NCBI GenBank assembly: GCA_039028615.1
Contig: JBCCHT010000027.1
Coordinates: 139,873-203,872 of the forward strand
Length of the DNA: 64,000 nt
Source of the DNA: Myxococcota bacterium
GTDB lineage: Bacteria; Myxococcota_A; Polyangia; Nannocystales; Nannocystaceae
Reading direction: 5' to 3'
Notes under the pieces: generated by a model
The model's input: the letters and a program-made list of their open reading frames with translations, nothing else
What the model was told of the DNA's origin: nothing
The model's database searches: none
Translations under genes and position numbers: made by a program
Shown: positions 46,514 to 59,714 of the stretch, piece by piece
Position numbering within the stretch: the stretch's first letter is position 1
Layout: each line of letters begins with the position of its first letter

Positions 46514-47245
46514 TCATCGAACGAGTGTATCGATCTGCGTTTGACTCAACACCGTCGGCAATTGGGGCGGGCTCGGCACTTCGCCGTGTTCGTGCTCGAC
46601 GACGATCGACGCGAGCCATCCCGTCGGCGCGGGCAGGTCCCACAAACAAAGCCTGCGCCTTTCGGGCAACCCGGGTCGCAATACGATCCCATCGAGTGGG
46701 GCTTCGACCCCAATCGGGACGTCAATCGTCGCCAGACTTCGAGACAGCCCCGTGCCCAACGCTTTGATGACCGCTTCCTTGCGCACCCACAATCGATAGA
46801 AGGCATACGCCTGCTCAGCGGCCGAAAGTCGAGAGAACTCGATTTGTTCCGCACTCGAGGTCACGGTGCGGATCAACCCGGGAGTGACTCGAGCCGGACG
46901 TACGACGTCGATATCGACGCCCAAGCGACGCCGAGCACCGATCGCGAGCAGTCCCCACCCGCCCGCGTGACTGAGGTTGAACTCCACGGGATCGTCGCTC
47001 AGCCGAGGCTTGCCCTGAGGTCCCGTGTGCCATTGCAGCGAAGCGGGAGGTCGTCCGAGGTGCTGCCCCAACACACACCGTAAGACCGCGTGCGCGACGA
47101 TGTATTGGACTCGCAGGTACGGGAACACGAAGCGATCCGCCCGCGCCCGCTCTTCGGGGTCGAGGCATCGCGAGAGCCGAGCGATCACCTCCGGGCTCGC
47201 CCACTGCCGGAACAGCCACAGCTGCGGACCCGTCATGACCCCCAT
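46514..47245 (-). CDS. Sfp-type 4'-phosphopantetheinyl transferase
   Basis: GKPRL, FNLSHAG, LGVDID, WVRKEAVIKALGTGL. Confidence 0.92.
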   Translation of the reverse strand: MGVMTGPQLWLFRQWASPEVIARLSRCLDPEERARADRFVFPYLRVQYIVAHAVLRCVLGQHLGRPPASLQWHTGPQGKPRLSDDPVEFNLSHAGGWGLLAIGARRRLGVDIDVVRPARVTPGLIRTVTSSAEQIEFSRLSAAEQAYAFYRLWVRKEAVIKALGTGLSRSLATIDVPIGVEAPLDGIVLRPGLPERRRLCLWDLPAPTGWLASIVVEHEHGEVPSPPQLPTVLSQTQIDTLVR

Positions 47246-47251
47246 GGGGTA

Positions 47252-48439
47252 TCACGAGGTCCGGCGAAACCCCATCAGCAGCAGCGTCAGGGCCATCCAG
47301 GCGAGAGGCCGAGGCGCGCCGTCGATCTGGCAGCCGACGGCCGCGGCCGGCTCCGACGGCGAACCGGTCGGCACGGTGCTCGGTTCGTCTTCGTCGTCAT
47401 CTTCCCGGGACTCGGTGCACCCACGGCCGCCTCGCTCCACCGTCACGTCGGGCGCAGGGTTCGACCCGACGCCACACAGATCCGACGAGACCCGGTGCCC
47501 TCCCTCGGGCGACGCACAGCCGGCCAGGAACACGACCGGCTCCGGCGAGTAGGCGACGAAGCTACGGCCCTGGGGATCTCGCGCCTCCGCCCGCAAGAAC
47601 ACCGCCTGGTATTCCAGCGACGACGGGGGCACGAACACCACCTCGAACTCGGATTGGTCGACCCCCTCGGCGAAGACCTCCCACGCGTCGTCTCCCCTCG
47701 CGTCGAGCTCGGCCGCCGTCACCCACGACAGCGACCACGCGGTACCGGCCATGCCCGCCATACACCCGCTGACCGTGATGCCTTCGTCGAGCCCCGCCAC
47801 CACCTCCGTCAGCGGCCAGGAGATGGACACCGCCGGGCCGGCCGAGGCGTCGTCGCCATCGATGACACGGACGACACCATCCCGCGAAGTCCACGAGTTC
47901 TCGGCGGGCTCGTAGGTATGGCCCCAGACGACATAGCTTCCCGCCGAGACCTCCCGCGTGTCCCAGACCTCTCCCGCTGCGGTGGCTTCACACGAGATCG
48001 GCATGCGAGCGTCGACGGGCGTGATGGCGTGCGCACAGCCGGCCCACGCCTCGCTGTGCTCGAGGATCTCGGACGACGGCGGGCGCTCCAGCGTGGGGTC
48101 GGCCTCGGTCGCCGCCTCGACATCGGCGGCTGCGACCCACGACGGCAGCTCCTCCAGGGGCCCCGGCGATCGGCACAAGGCAAAGAACTGAAACGTCCGG
48201 CTGTCGGCGGGCTCGTCGGGGCCGGGGGCTCCGCTCTCGAAGGGAATGCCGACGTCGAAGCTCCATTCGGGGTCGCGCGACCGGTCGATCGTCTCGATGC
48301 AGCTCGCCCCGAGAAACGACGGAGGGACCCTCGCTCGCCCCGTATTGGCGGCGAGGGCCGGCCGCGGCGCCAGGACCACAGACGCCGCGACCAGGCCCCA
48401 CCACGGGGACATCGAGCCCGCATTAGAAGATGATTCCAC
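47252..48439 (-). CDS. Secreted protein with MYXO-CTERM-like sorting signal
   Basis: Signal peptide; C-terminal GCQIDGAPRPLAWMALTLLLMGFRR. Confidence 0.75.
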   Translation of the reverse strand: MESSSNAGSMSPWWGLVAASVVLAPRPALAANTGRARVPPSFLGASCIETIDRSRDPEWSFDVGIPFESGAPGPDEPADSRTFQFFALCRSPGPLEELPSWVAAADVEAATEADPTLERPPSSEILEHSEAWAGCAHAITPVDARMPISCEATAAGEVWDTREVSAGSYVVWGHTYEPAENSWTSRDGVVRVIDGDDASAGPAVSISWPLTEVVAGLDEGITVSGCMAGMAGTAWSLSWVTAAELDARGDDAWEVFAEGVDQSEFEVVFVPPSSLEYQAVFLRAEARDPQGRSFVAYSPEPVVFLAGCASPEGGHRVSSDLCGVGSNPAPDVTVERGGRGCTESREDDDEDEPSTVPTGSPSEPAAAVGCQIDGAPRPLAWMALTLLLMGFRRTS

Positions 48440-49871
48440 AGTTCCGATTGCTCAGTTGATCGATGGGATACGCGAGCACGAAATTGAAACACATCTCGTC
48501 ATTCGTGCCTTCGCCGAACAGCACCGTCTCTTCGCCGGGGTTGTCGAAGACACATGTGCTCCTCAGCGTATCTCCCGGGTTCACCGTGATCGGAGCATCG
48601 TGCAGGTACATGCCCTGGCTCTCGTAGTCGAACACGGGGATGTCGGTCACCACTTCGGTGCCGGCGGCAAAGCGCTCGAGCACGGTCCGAAAACCACGCC
48701 CCAGCTTGTGCATGTGGGGGCTGCTCGCGATCAGGTGCATCGGGCCCGGCCACGAGAGGGTGGAGAGGAACCCGCAGGTACCCTTTTCCTCGTGCCCGAC
48801 CGCTCCGGGCGGAATGGCGAGGCTGGTCGTGCCCAGGGTGAGGACGCCGGCCGTCTTCGGTCGTGGGTTGGGCGTACTGCAGAAGGCAACGCCGCTGGAG
48901 TCGAAGGCATCGGAGTAGTTCGCCGAGTTGTTGTAGTGAATCTGCAGCAGGTACCAATCGTTCGGCGTGCCCAGCTCCAGGCCCACGTCGGGCGGCAGGA
49001 TCACGTTCTCGCCCCCCGGGGCCCAGCCCGCCACGAACTCGGTGGAGATCTGCAGGCCGACGTCGCAGGGGATGACCGAGCCGTCTTGATAATTGCCCGA
49101 GTCGGCCCGGTAGAGGATCCAGTGGTGCACCACGCGTTGGTCGTCGATGATCGGCGCCCAGGCGGTGGCTTGCTCGCCCGCGGCGAAGGGCGAGCGGAAC
49201 ACGAAGCACTGGTACAGGTTGTCCGCCCCCTGCTGCGGCACGGCGTAGGGCTGCTGCAACGAGCCATGCGCGTGTGCGGTCATCTGCTGGGTGACCTCGC
49301 AGGGGAGGTGCTCGGGGCCCACGTCGACATCGCTGCCGTCGGGGGGAGGCTCGTCCCCGCAGCGTTGTTCCGAGCGCTCGGCCCCTTGGTCGATCCACTC
49401 GAGGATCACCGCGGCATCCTCGTCGGTGATGTCACCGTCGGGCGGCATCATGCCGACCTCGGCCGTCATGCGCTCGGCCATCAGCTCGTAGACGGGGCGC
49501 GTCGGGTCGCTGCCCGCCGGGACCTTGAGCTCGTCGTAGCGCGTGAGCGGCATCGGGGCGCCGAAGGCCGGCGCGGCGCCATGACACTCGCCGCAGCCGC
49601 GCGCCAGCGCATCGCGAACGTCACACGGCAAGCCGTGGTCGGCCGTGTCCCCGGCCGAATCGGCGCCTCCGGGCTCGTCGGGATCCGGCTCGTCCTCGTC
49701 GCCATCGTCCCCCACGGAGCCGCCTTCGTCTCCGCCCGCGCCCCCGCCCCACGGTCCGCAGCCTCCGAAGGCGGTGCAGCGAGGATCGTCGGGCTCGGCC
49801 GCGAGGCAGCCGCCCATCAATCCCGCAAACGTCAGTATCAGCAGTCCCCTCAGCCGCATGCCGAAGGACAC
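48423..49871 (-). CDS. Type II copper monooxygenase-like (PHM/DBH family) lipoprotein with N-terminal c-type cytochrome domain
   Basis: CGECH...MMPP heme c; VVHHWIL, GWAPG, QIHY, PHMH and DEMC copper ligands. Confidence 0.85.
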   Translation of the reverse strand: MSFGMRLRGLLILTFAGLMGGCLAAEPDDPRCTAFGGCGPWGGGAGGDEGGSVGDDGDEDEPDPDEPGGADSAGDTADHGLPCDVRDALARGCGECHGAAPAFGAPMPLTRYDELKVPAGSDPTRPVYELMAERMTAEVGMMPPDGDITDEDAAVILEWIDQGAERSEQRCGDEPPPDGSDVDVGPEHLPCEVTQQMTAHAHGSLQQPYAVPQQGADNLYQCFVFRSPFAAGEQATAWAPIIDDQRVVHHWILYRADSGNYQDGSVIPCDVGLQISTEFVAGWAPGGENVILPPDVGLELGTPNDWYLLQIHYNNSANYSDAFDSSGVAFCSTPNPRPKTAGVLTLGTTSLAIPPGAVGHEEKGTCGFLSTLSWPGPMHLIASSPHMHKLGRGFRTVLERFAAGTEVVTDIPVFDYESQGMYLHDAPITVNPGDTLRSTCVFDNPGEETVLFGEGTNDEMCFNFVLAYPIDQLSNRNCGIIF

Positions 49872-49999
49872 TGCAATCGACGTGCCTGGGCCACAGCGGC
49901 CGGTTCACCGCGAGTTCGGCCGCACAGGCCGAATGCGGCGAGCAAGTTGCCCAGGTGCTCCCCCGGGCAATTGGGCAACTTGCCCGCGCAACGCAGCGC

Positions 50000-50800
50000 T
50001 CAGCGTCCGTTGAAACGGGGGGCCCGCTTACCCAAGATCGCGTCCACGGCCTCTTTGTGGTCCTCGGTGTTCTGCACCATGCCCTGGAAGCTCGCGGCCA
50101 GCTCGAGCGCCGTGTCGATGTCGAGATCCCAGCTGCGATAGGCGGCGCGCTTGGTCAGCTGCACCGCCAGCGGAGCATTGGCCGCGATCATCCGGGCGCG
50201 GGACTTGGCCTCGTCGAGCACGGCCTCGCGCTCGACCGCCGCGTGCACCAGCCCCATGGACAGCGCCTCGTCGGCCAGCACGATACGACCGGTCAGCACC
50301 ATCTCGAGCGCGCGGGAGAACCCGATGGTGCGCGCCAGGAAGTAGGCCCCGCCGTCACCCGGCACCAAGCCGACCTTGACGAAGGTCGAGCCGAGCTTGG
50401 CCTCCTTGGCGGCCACCCGAACGTCGCACATGCAGGCCAGGTCGAGCCCGGCTCCGATCGCGGCGCCATTGATCGCGGCGACGATCGGCTTGTCGCAGGC
50501 GGCCAGCCGCCGCGGCACCCGCTGGATCCCCTCGATGTACTGCCGACGCAGCGCGACCGGGCCGCCTTCGAACATGCCGCTGCCGTCGCGCATGCGCTTG
50601 AGGTCGCCGCCCGCGTGAAACGAGCGCCCCGCTCCAGTGAGCACGATGCATCGCACCTCGGCGTCGGCCTCCGCCGCATCGAACGCGCGCACCAGGCTCT
50701 CGACCATCGCCTCGCTATAGGCGTTGCGTGCGTCGGGCCGGTCCAGAGTGATGATGGCGAGCTGGTCGTCGCGTTCGTAGCGGAGGTCCTGGAACTCCAT
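50000..50800 (-). CDS. Enoyl-CoA hydratase/isomerase family
   Basis: LDRPDARNA, FHAGGDL, AAINGAAIGAG, GLVPGDGG. Confidence 0.92.
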   Translation of the reverse strand: MEFQDLRYERDDQLAIITLDRPDARNAYSEAMVESLVRAFDAAEADAEVRCIVLTGAGRSFHAGGDLKRMRDGSGMFEGGPVALRRQYIEGIQRVPRRLAACDKPIVAAINGAAIGAGLDLACMCDVRVAAKEAKLGSTFVKVGLVPGDGGAYFLARTIGFSRALEMVLTGRIVLADEALSMGLVHAAVEREAVLDEAKSRARMIAANAPLAVQLTKRAAYRSWDLDIDTALELAASFQGMVQNTEDHKEAVDAILGKRAPRFNGR

Positions 50801-50877
50801 GGCGCGTGCAATACCACGGGTTCGCCCGTCGGGGCATCGCGGTGGCCAAGCCCACCTGCCCGTGGTCCAATGCCGAC

Positions 50878-53759
<2,882 letters not shown>

Positions 53760-53766
<7 letters not shown>

Positions 53767-54665
53767 ATGAAGGCGTCGTCGCCGTGGGTCACGGTGACGA
53801 CCAAGACCGTGTCTCCCACCGTCTCGGCCGGCATCGCCGCGTAGGCGGTCGCGATGCTGGCCGCGTGCATGTCGGAGTAGGCGATGACGTGGAGGATCTG
53901 CTTGACCCACTCGTGGCGGGGCGCGACGTTGGCCGTGCTCGCGACCACGTCCTCGAACTTGCCGAGCAGCAGCTCGTTGGCCTGCTCGACGGTGTAGGGG
54001 TCCTCGAAGGGGAACCCGATGGCCCGGGTGACGCTCACGCCCACGGTGAGTCCATCGATCTCGACGAGCAGGTCGGTCTTGGTCCCCATGTCGTCGAGGT
54101 ACTGCACCTCGCCCTCGGTCGCGAGCAGGCTCGCCCCTTCGCACCGCGCCAGGACCTCGTAGGCGATGACCTCGGAGTGCAGCGAGCTTCCGCCCAGGTT
54201 CCCCGCATCGAAGACCTCTTGGCCGCCGGGCGTGAGTTCGTCGTAGTCGAAACCCAGCTCGCGGAAGTCGATCGATCCTTCGAAGGTGAAGGGGCTGCTC
54301 GACTCGAGCTCCATCGCATCGATGAGGCCACACTGCCCCTCGATGACCCCGAGTCCGCCGTCGTCCCCGGTGGACTCGCCCGAAGAGCCCTCGGTCGTCG
54401 CCCCGCTCGTGGTGGCGGTGGTGCTCCCCGTGTCGGCGGCGTCCGTGCTCGTGCCCGAGTCGGACGTCGCGACGGCGGTGGTGTCCCCGGGGCCAGGCCC
54501 GGTGCTGCCTCCGGTCGTGCCGGCATCCGTGCCCGGGGTCGGCGCGCTCGTGCTGCCCGTCTCGCTGGAGCTCCCCGAGGACGAAGTCGAGCCGGACTCG
54601 GTGGTGCACGCGAACGCCAGCCCACCGACCCACGGGAGGAGTCGTCGCCATCGGGAGGAAGTCAC
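53760..54665 (-). CDS. Lipoprotein with S/T/G linker and AAC4-like (PD-(D/E)XK-like) C-terminal domain
   Basis: LAFAC lipobox; NLGGSSLHSE..YEVL...KTDLL...GVSVTRA. Confidence 0.65.
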
Positions 54666-54745
54666 CCCGAAAGCTTGGCGCGGCGGTGCCCGGGATGGCA
54701 AGCGACAGGTTCGTCGCCTCATCCCGGGCTCCGAGCGTGCGGGGC

Positions 54746-55942
54746 TCAGCCCGCGGACAGGACCTCGCTGGCCGCAGCCAGGCCGGCCCCGGCGGGAGCG
54801 GAATGCCCCTGCCCTCGCAGTGCCTCCTCGAGACCGGCGAGCAGCAGCATCAGGTTGCGACGCGAGCACGACGCGCCCATCAGACCGATGCGCCAGATCT
54901 TGCCCGCCAAGGGACCCAGGCCTCCCGCGATCTCCACCCCGTACTCGGCCATGAGGTGCGCGCGGACCTTGGCCTCGTCGATCCCCTCGGGGACCTTGGC
55001 CGCGGTGAGCGTGGGCAGGCGATGCTCGGCCGCGACCAGCATCGGCACACCGAGCGCCTCGAGTCCGGCCCACAGCGCCTGCGCCGTCTTGGATACCCGC
55101 GCCACCCGAGCCTCGAGCCCCTCTTCTTCGATGATGTTGAGCGCCTCGTGCATCGCGTACACGAGGTTGATGGAGCCGGTGTGGTGGTACTTGTGCGGGC
55201 GCTCCCACACCGCGAGGTTGCCGTGCAGGTCGAGGTACCAGCTGGCGCACTTGGTCTTGCGCGCGCGCACCACATCCATCGCGCGAGCGCTGAAGGTCAC
55301 GGGAGACAGACCCGGCACCGCGCTGATGCACTTTTGGGCGCCGGTGTAGACCACGTCGACGCCCCAGTCGTCGGTGCGGAACTCGGTGCCGCCCAGCGAG
55401 GCAACGGTGTCGATCACCAGCAGCGCGCCGTGATCGTGGGCGGCCTTGGCCAGCTCGGGGATGGGCTGGCGGACACCGGTGGAGGTCTCGCCGTGCGGCG
55501 CACAAACCACCTTGACGCCGGACATCCCCGCGAGCTTGGCCTCGATGGCCTCGGGCGAAGTGGGCTGGCCCCACGGGGCCTCGACCACGTGCACCTCGGC
55601 CCCCGCCCGCTCGGCCACCTGCCGCATGCGATCACCGAAGTACCCGTGCACGCCCGCCACGACCTTGTCGCCGGGCTCGAGCACGTTGTACAGCGCGGCC
55701 TCCATGGCGGCCGTGCCCGCACCGGTCACCGCGAGGGTCTCGGCGTTGTCGGTCAAAAAGAGCCCGCGCAGCTGATCTTGGAGCCGCTCGAGCAGCGCGG
55801 TGTAGCTGGCGTCGAGATAGCCGACGGTCGGTCGCGCCAGCGCGCTGAGCACTCGAGCCGGCACATCGCTGGGCCCGGGGCCCAGCAAGACTCGGGCGGG
55901 AGGATCGAAGCGGAACTGCGCGGGAGTCTTGGCGTCGGACAT
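54746..55942 (-). CDS. Alanine-glyoxylate/serine-pyruvate aminotransferase (class V PLP enzyme)
   Basis: [35 protein letters not shown]. Confidence 0.92.
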   Translation of the reverse strand: MSDAKTPAQFRFDPPARVLLGPGPSDVPARVLSALARPTVGYLDASYTALLERLQDQLRGLFLTDNAETLAVTGAGTAAMEAALYNVLEPGDKVVAGVHGYFGDRMRQVAERAGAEVHVVEAPWGQPTSPEAIEAKLAGMSGVKVVCAPHGETSTGVRQPIPELAKAAHDHGALLVIDTVASLGGTEFRTDDWGVDVVYTGAQKCISAVPGLSPVTFSARAMDVVRARKTKCASWYLDLHGNLAVWERPHKYHHTGSINLVYAMHEALNIIEEEGLEARVARVSKTAQALWAGLEALGVPMLVAAEHRLPTLTAAKVPEGIDEAKVRAHLMAEYGVEIAGGLGPLAGKIWRIGLMGASCSRRNLMLLLAGLEEALRGQGHSAPAGAGLAAASEVLSAG

Positions 55943-56034
55943 CTGCGCCGGATCATTCGAACGAGACCCGACGCCTGTCAAGTCGCGGCTCTTCGCCGCA
56001 ACGGCCGCGTTTCGGCGCCCGCGCTCTTTTCACC

Positions 56035-57579
56035 TCAACGTGAGGGATCGAAGCCTGCGTATTCAATGCCCGCGAGCTCGGCCACGTCGCGCTTCCACGA
56101 GGTGACGTCGTCGCGCGAAAACTGACCGAGGTGCGAGTGCCCGCACGCGCGCGCCAAGACCTGCATCAGCTCCGTCGCCGCGCCCAGGAAACGCGTCAGG
56201 CGCTGTGCCGCGGCGTCGACATCGAGACGGGCGCGCAGCTCGGGCTTCTGCGTCGCGATGCCAGCCGGACAATTGTTGCTGTTGCACATGCGCGCGGCAA
56301 CACACCCCACCGCCTGCATCGCCGAGTTCGCGATCGCGACTCCGTCCGCCCCGACGCACATCGCCTTGACGAAGTCCTCGGGCATGCGGAGGCCACCGGT
56401 CGCGATCAACGTCATGTACGGGGCGTGCTCGTCGAGGTAGTGCCGCGCCCGGGCGATGGCCGCCATCGTCGGCACCGAGATATGGTCGCGGAAGATCTTC
56501 GGCGCGGCCCCGGTCCCTCCGCCCCGACCATCGAGGATGATGTAGTCGGCGTCCGCCTCGATCGCGAACGCGATGTCCTTCTCGATGCGGTTGGCCGACA
56601 GCTTCATGCCGATGGGGATTCCCCCGCTCACCTCGCGCACGCGATCCGCGAAGCGGCGGAAGTCCTCCGGTGTGGTCAGGTCGGTGAAGGTCGCGGGGGA
56701 GATGGCAGAGGTGCCCGGCGTCAGCTTGCGAACCTCGGCAATCTTGCCCACGACCTTGTTGCCCGGCAGGTGCCCCCCCGTGCCCGTCTTGGCCCCCTGC
56801 CCTCCCTTGAAGTGAAAGGCCTGGACCTTGGTGAGCAGAGACTCTTCGTAGCCGAACTTCGCCGAGGCCAGCTCATAGAAGTAGCGGCGGTTGCTGGCCT
56901 GTTCCGTAGGCAGCATCCCGCCCTCGCCCGAGCAGATGCCCGTGCCCGCCCCGTCGGCGCCTCGCGCCAGCGCGACCTTGGCCTCCTCGGACAGCGCCCC
57001 GAAGCTCATGTCCGACACGAAGATCGGGATCTCGAGCCGCAGCGGCTTGCGAGCGCGCGGCCCGATGACCAAGTCCGTGCCCACCTCGGCGTCGTCGAGC
57101 AGGGGCTTGGTGGACAGCTGCCCCGGCAGGATCTGGATGTCGTCCCACTGCGGCAACGTGGGCCGCGGCACGCCCATCGCCGCGACTTCGCCGTGGTGAC
57201 CGGTGCGCGACAGGCCATGGGCGGCCAGCTCGTGGATCCGCGCGACGGTGGGCTCTTCGGGGGTCGGGACCGCGGCCGGGGGCCCATCCGAGGGCAGCAC
57301 GGGCAAGTGCCCCTTCTCGTCGATGCGCGCGTGGGTGCCATCGCAGAAGGGCGGGTTGCTGCTGCGCTTGCACATGCACAGGTAGGACTCGCCGTCCTCC
57401 TCCGCGGTGAACATGACCGGGGCGAACCCGGTCCCCACGTGCGAGCCGTCGCAAAACGGCTGGTTGTTCGAGCGGCCACACGCACACCACGCGTAGCTCT
57501 CGCCCTTGGTCAACGTGACGCCCTTGGGCTTCCGCCCCGCAATCTGCGGCGTCTCCCCTTGCTCCCCTGTGCTCGCCAT
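56035..57579 (-). CDS. Double CDGSH Fe-S domain fused to FMN-binding glutamate synthase-like domain
   Basis: [82 protein letters not shown]. Confidence 0.92.
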   Translation of the reverse strand: MASTGEQGETPQIAGRKPKGVTLTKGESYAWCACGRSNNQPFCDGSHVGTGFAPVMFTAEEDGESYLCMCKRSSNPPFCDGTHARIDEKGHLPVLPSDGPPAAVPTPEEPTVARIHELAAHGLSRTGHHGEVAAMGVPRPTLPQWDDIQILPGQLSTKPLLDDAEVGTDLVIGPRARKPLRLEIPIFVSDMSFGALSEEAKVALARGADGAGTGICSGEGGMLPTEQASNRRYFYELASAKFGYEESLLTKVQAFHFKGGQGAKTGTGGHLPGNKVVGKIAEVRKLTPGTSAISPATFTDLTTPEDFRRFADRVREVSGGIPIGMKLSANRIEKDIAFAIEADADYIILDGRGGGTGAAPKIFRDHISVPTMAAIARARHYLDEHAPYMTLIATGGLRMPEDFVKAMCVGADGVAIANSAMQAVGCVAARMCNSNNCPAGIATQKPELRARLDVDAAAQRLTRFLGAATELMQVLARACGHSHLGQFSRDDVTSWKRDVAELAGIEYAGFDPSR

Positions 57580-57660
57580 GGCCCCAAGATGGCACGAGGA
57601 GCCTTCATTCGGCGGACCACGGGCGGGAAGCAGCTTCCCACCCGTGGGTCACGGGCCGAG

Positions 57661-58563
57661 CTACTTCACGGGCCAGATGACCTGGGTCTTCCAGTCCTCG
57701 GGGTTCGGCACCTCTCCCGGATCGGTCAGGTAGACCTCGCGCGGCGGGGCGCTGCTCTCGAGCCCGTGCTCGTGCAGGTACTGCTCCACCGCGGCGTGGG
57801 CATCTCCCAGCCCATCGTATGCGCCGCTATGGATGGTGACCGCGGCGGGCCCGGCCGGGTGCACGCAGACCTCGATGTCGTCGGCGCCCACCGACCCCGC
57901 CTTGACCGGCATGCCCGCGTGAAAGGTCACCATGCCCGGCCCGTGCTTGACGTAGACCGTCGTGGGCGGGCCCACCATCTCGATGCCCTCCTTCATGGCG
58001 TACTGAAAAATGGCAGGGAGGATCTGGGCCAGGTGGGCGGAGACCTGGGCGTGCTCGCAGCGGGCCGCCTTGTACAGGAAGGTGATCTCGGGGAAGTCCT
58101 GTTGGGTGATGTCGTAGTTCATGACCGGGTGACCTCGGGTTGCGGAGGGGTTTTGGAGCGATGCACGGAACAGCCCGATGCACGGGCCCACGTGGGTGAT
58201 GAGGGAAGAGTGGAGGCCGTCGACGATCCCCGAGCCGGCGTACTCGGCCCGGAACTCGGTGGGCGGGCGGTCGAACTGGCCGACGAAGGCACGCGTCAGA
58301 CCCTCGTGGCTCTCGAAGCCCACGCGAATGGCGATGTCGAGGACGGTGTCATCGGTGGTGAGCAACAAGACCGCCGCATACTCCAGGCGGAGGCGCTTGG
58401 TATATTGCTTCGGGCTCTCCCCTACCAAGCGGGAGAAGGCACGCTGGAAGGTGGAGGCGGAACGTCCAGACTGACGGGCGAGCGAGGCCAACGAGTGTCG
58501 CTCGTCCCGCGAGCGGCTCAGCTGCGCCAGGACGGGCAGCAGCTCATCGAGCGTCGTAGCCAC
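57661..58563 (-). CDS. AraC family regulator with GyrI-like effector domain
   Basis: N-terminal AraC HTHs (GFESHEGLTRAF); C-terminal HSGAYDGL...REVYLTDP. Confidence 0.88.
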   Translation of the reverse strand: MATTLDELLPVLAQLSRSRDERHSLASLARQSGRSASTFQRAFSRLVGESPKQYTKRLRLEYAAVLLLTTDDTVLDIAIRVGFESHEGLTRAFVGQFDRPPTEFRAEYAGSGIVDGLHSSLITHVGPCIGLFRASLQNPSATRGHPVMNYDITQQDFPEITFLYKAARCEHAQVSAHLAQILPAIFQYAMKEGIEMVGPPTTVYVKHGPGMVTFHAGMPVKAGSVGADDIEVCVHPAGPAAVTIHSGAYDGLGDAHAAVEQYLHEHGLESSAPPREVYLTDPGEVPNPEDWKTQVIWPVK

Positions 58564-58668
58564 GTGGCGACCCTAGCAGACGCGGTCGCGCCGACCTTGA
58601 CCGTTCTTGCAAAACGACCCGCGAACAATTGTGTCGAGTCGGGACGCTTCGTATCGTGCGGGTCCCCC

Positions 58669-59664
58669 GTGCAACCCGACGCTACCGACGACACTCGCGC
58701 CCGCCTGGACACCAAGAGCAACCGCATCTGGATGCTCGTGTCCCTGGCGATGGCCAGCGGCGGCATCACGCTGGTGGTGCTCGGCCTGCGGCGCGACTGG
58801 GGCTTCGTGGCCGTGTTCTGGAGCAGCGTGCTATCCGTGCTCGGCCTGGGCTGGGTGGTGGGGCTGCTCAAGGGCGGCGGCACGGCCGTCGCCGCGTGCC
58901 CGCACTGCGGCGCGCACATGACCTTTTCCCATATCGCGTCGGCACGCACCGAGCAGTGTGAATCCTGCGGGCAGTGGTCGGCCGGCACCGAGCGGATGGA
59001 GCCCCTGGCAGCCGATCATGTCGCCGGCCTGCCCGTGTTCTCCGCTCCGGTTCCCGAGCACGAGGTTCGCTGGCCCACCAACGACAGCGGCATGCAGCGC
59101 TGCCCCGTCTGCGATGGGCCCTCCGTCCGCGGCATCGAGCTCCAGGCCTCGAGCGTGCTGGGCAGTGCGTTCGCGGCCCTGTCCCCCATCAGCATCCAGC
59201 GCGTCGAGTCGATGCGAGTGCCGGGGTGCCGAGAGCACGACGACGGCGTCATGCTGGACATGGACGAAGACGACCGCGGGGTGGTGCTGCTGTTTCGCTC
59301 GTGGCGCTACTTCAACGACTTCGTGGCCCTGAACGCGGAGCCCCCCGAGGACACGATGAGATCGCAAGTCCAACCCCTCACCGAGTTCCTCCAGGACAAC
59401 CGCCGCCCCGTCGACCTGCGCGCGCCCGAGACCTGCCCCATGCATGCCTGCCCCGTGCTCACCACCATGGGCTGGGTCTCGCGGATGGACCTGCTGCCCT
59501 CGGGTGACTGGATGGACGATGCGGCTCGTAACCCGGTGTGCCTGGAGCTGGGCCACCACGTCGACAAACCTCGCCGAGGCAACCACGACCACCAGCGCGT
59601 CGCCTGGTGCCCTCAGTGCGAGGCGGGCATGGCCCAGCTCCAAGCGGCGCGCCACGGCACCTAG
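58669..59664 (+). CDS. Hypothetical membrane protein with multiple CxxC zinc-ribbon motifs
   Basis: Two TM helices, then CPHC, CESC, CPVC, CxxH, CPMH and CPQC. Confidence 0.6.
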   Translation: MQPDATDDTRARLDTKSNRIWMLVSLAMASGGITLVVLGLRRDWGFVAVFWSSVLSVLGLGWVVGLLKGGGTAVAACPHCGAHMTFSHIASARTEQCESCGQWSAGTERMEPLAADHVAGLPVFSAPVPEHEVRWPTNDSGMQRCPVCDGPSVRGIELQASSVLGSAFAALSPISIQRVESMRVPGCREHDDGVMLDMDEDDRGVVLLFRSWRYFNDFVALNAEPPEDTMRSQVQPLTEFLQDNRRPVDLRAPETCPMHACPVLTTMGWVSRMDLLPSGDWMDDAARNPVCLELGHHVDKPRRGNHDHQRVAWCPQCEAGMAQLQAARHGT

Positions 59665-59714
59665 GGAGAGCGTACGGCGTGGCTCGGCGATGCGAGCCAC
59701 GCCCTTGCCCACCG

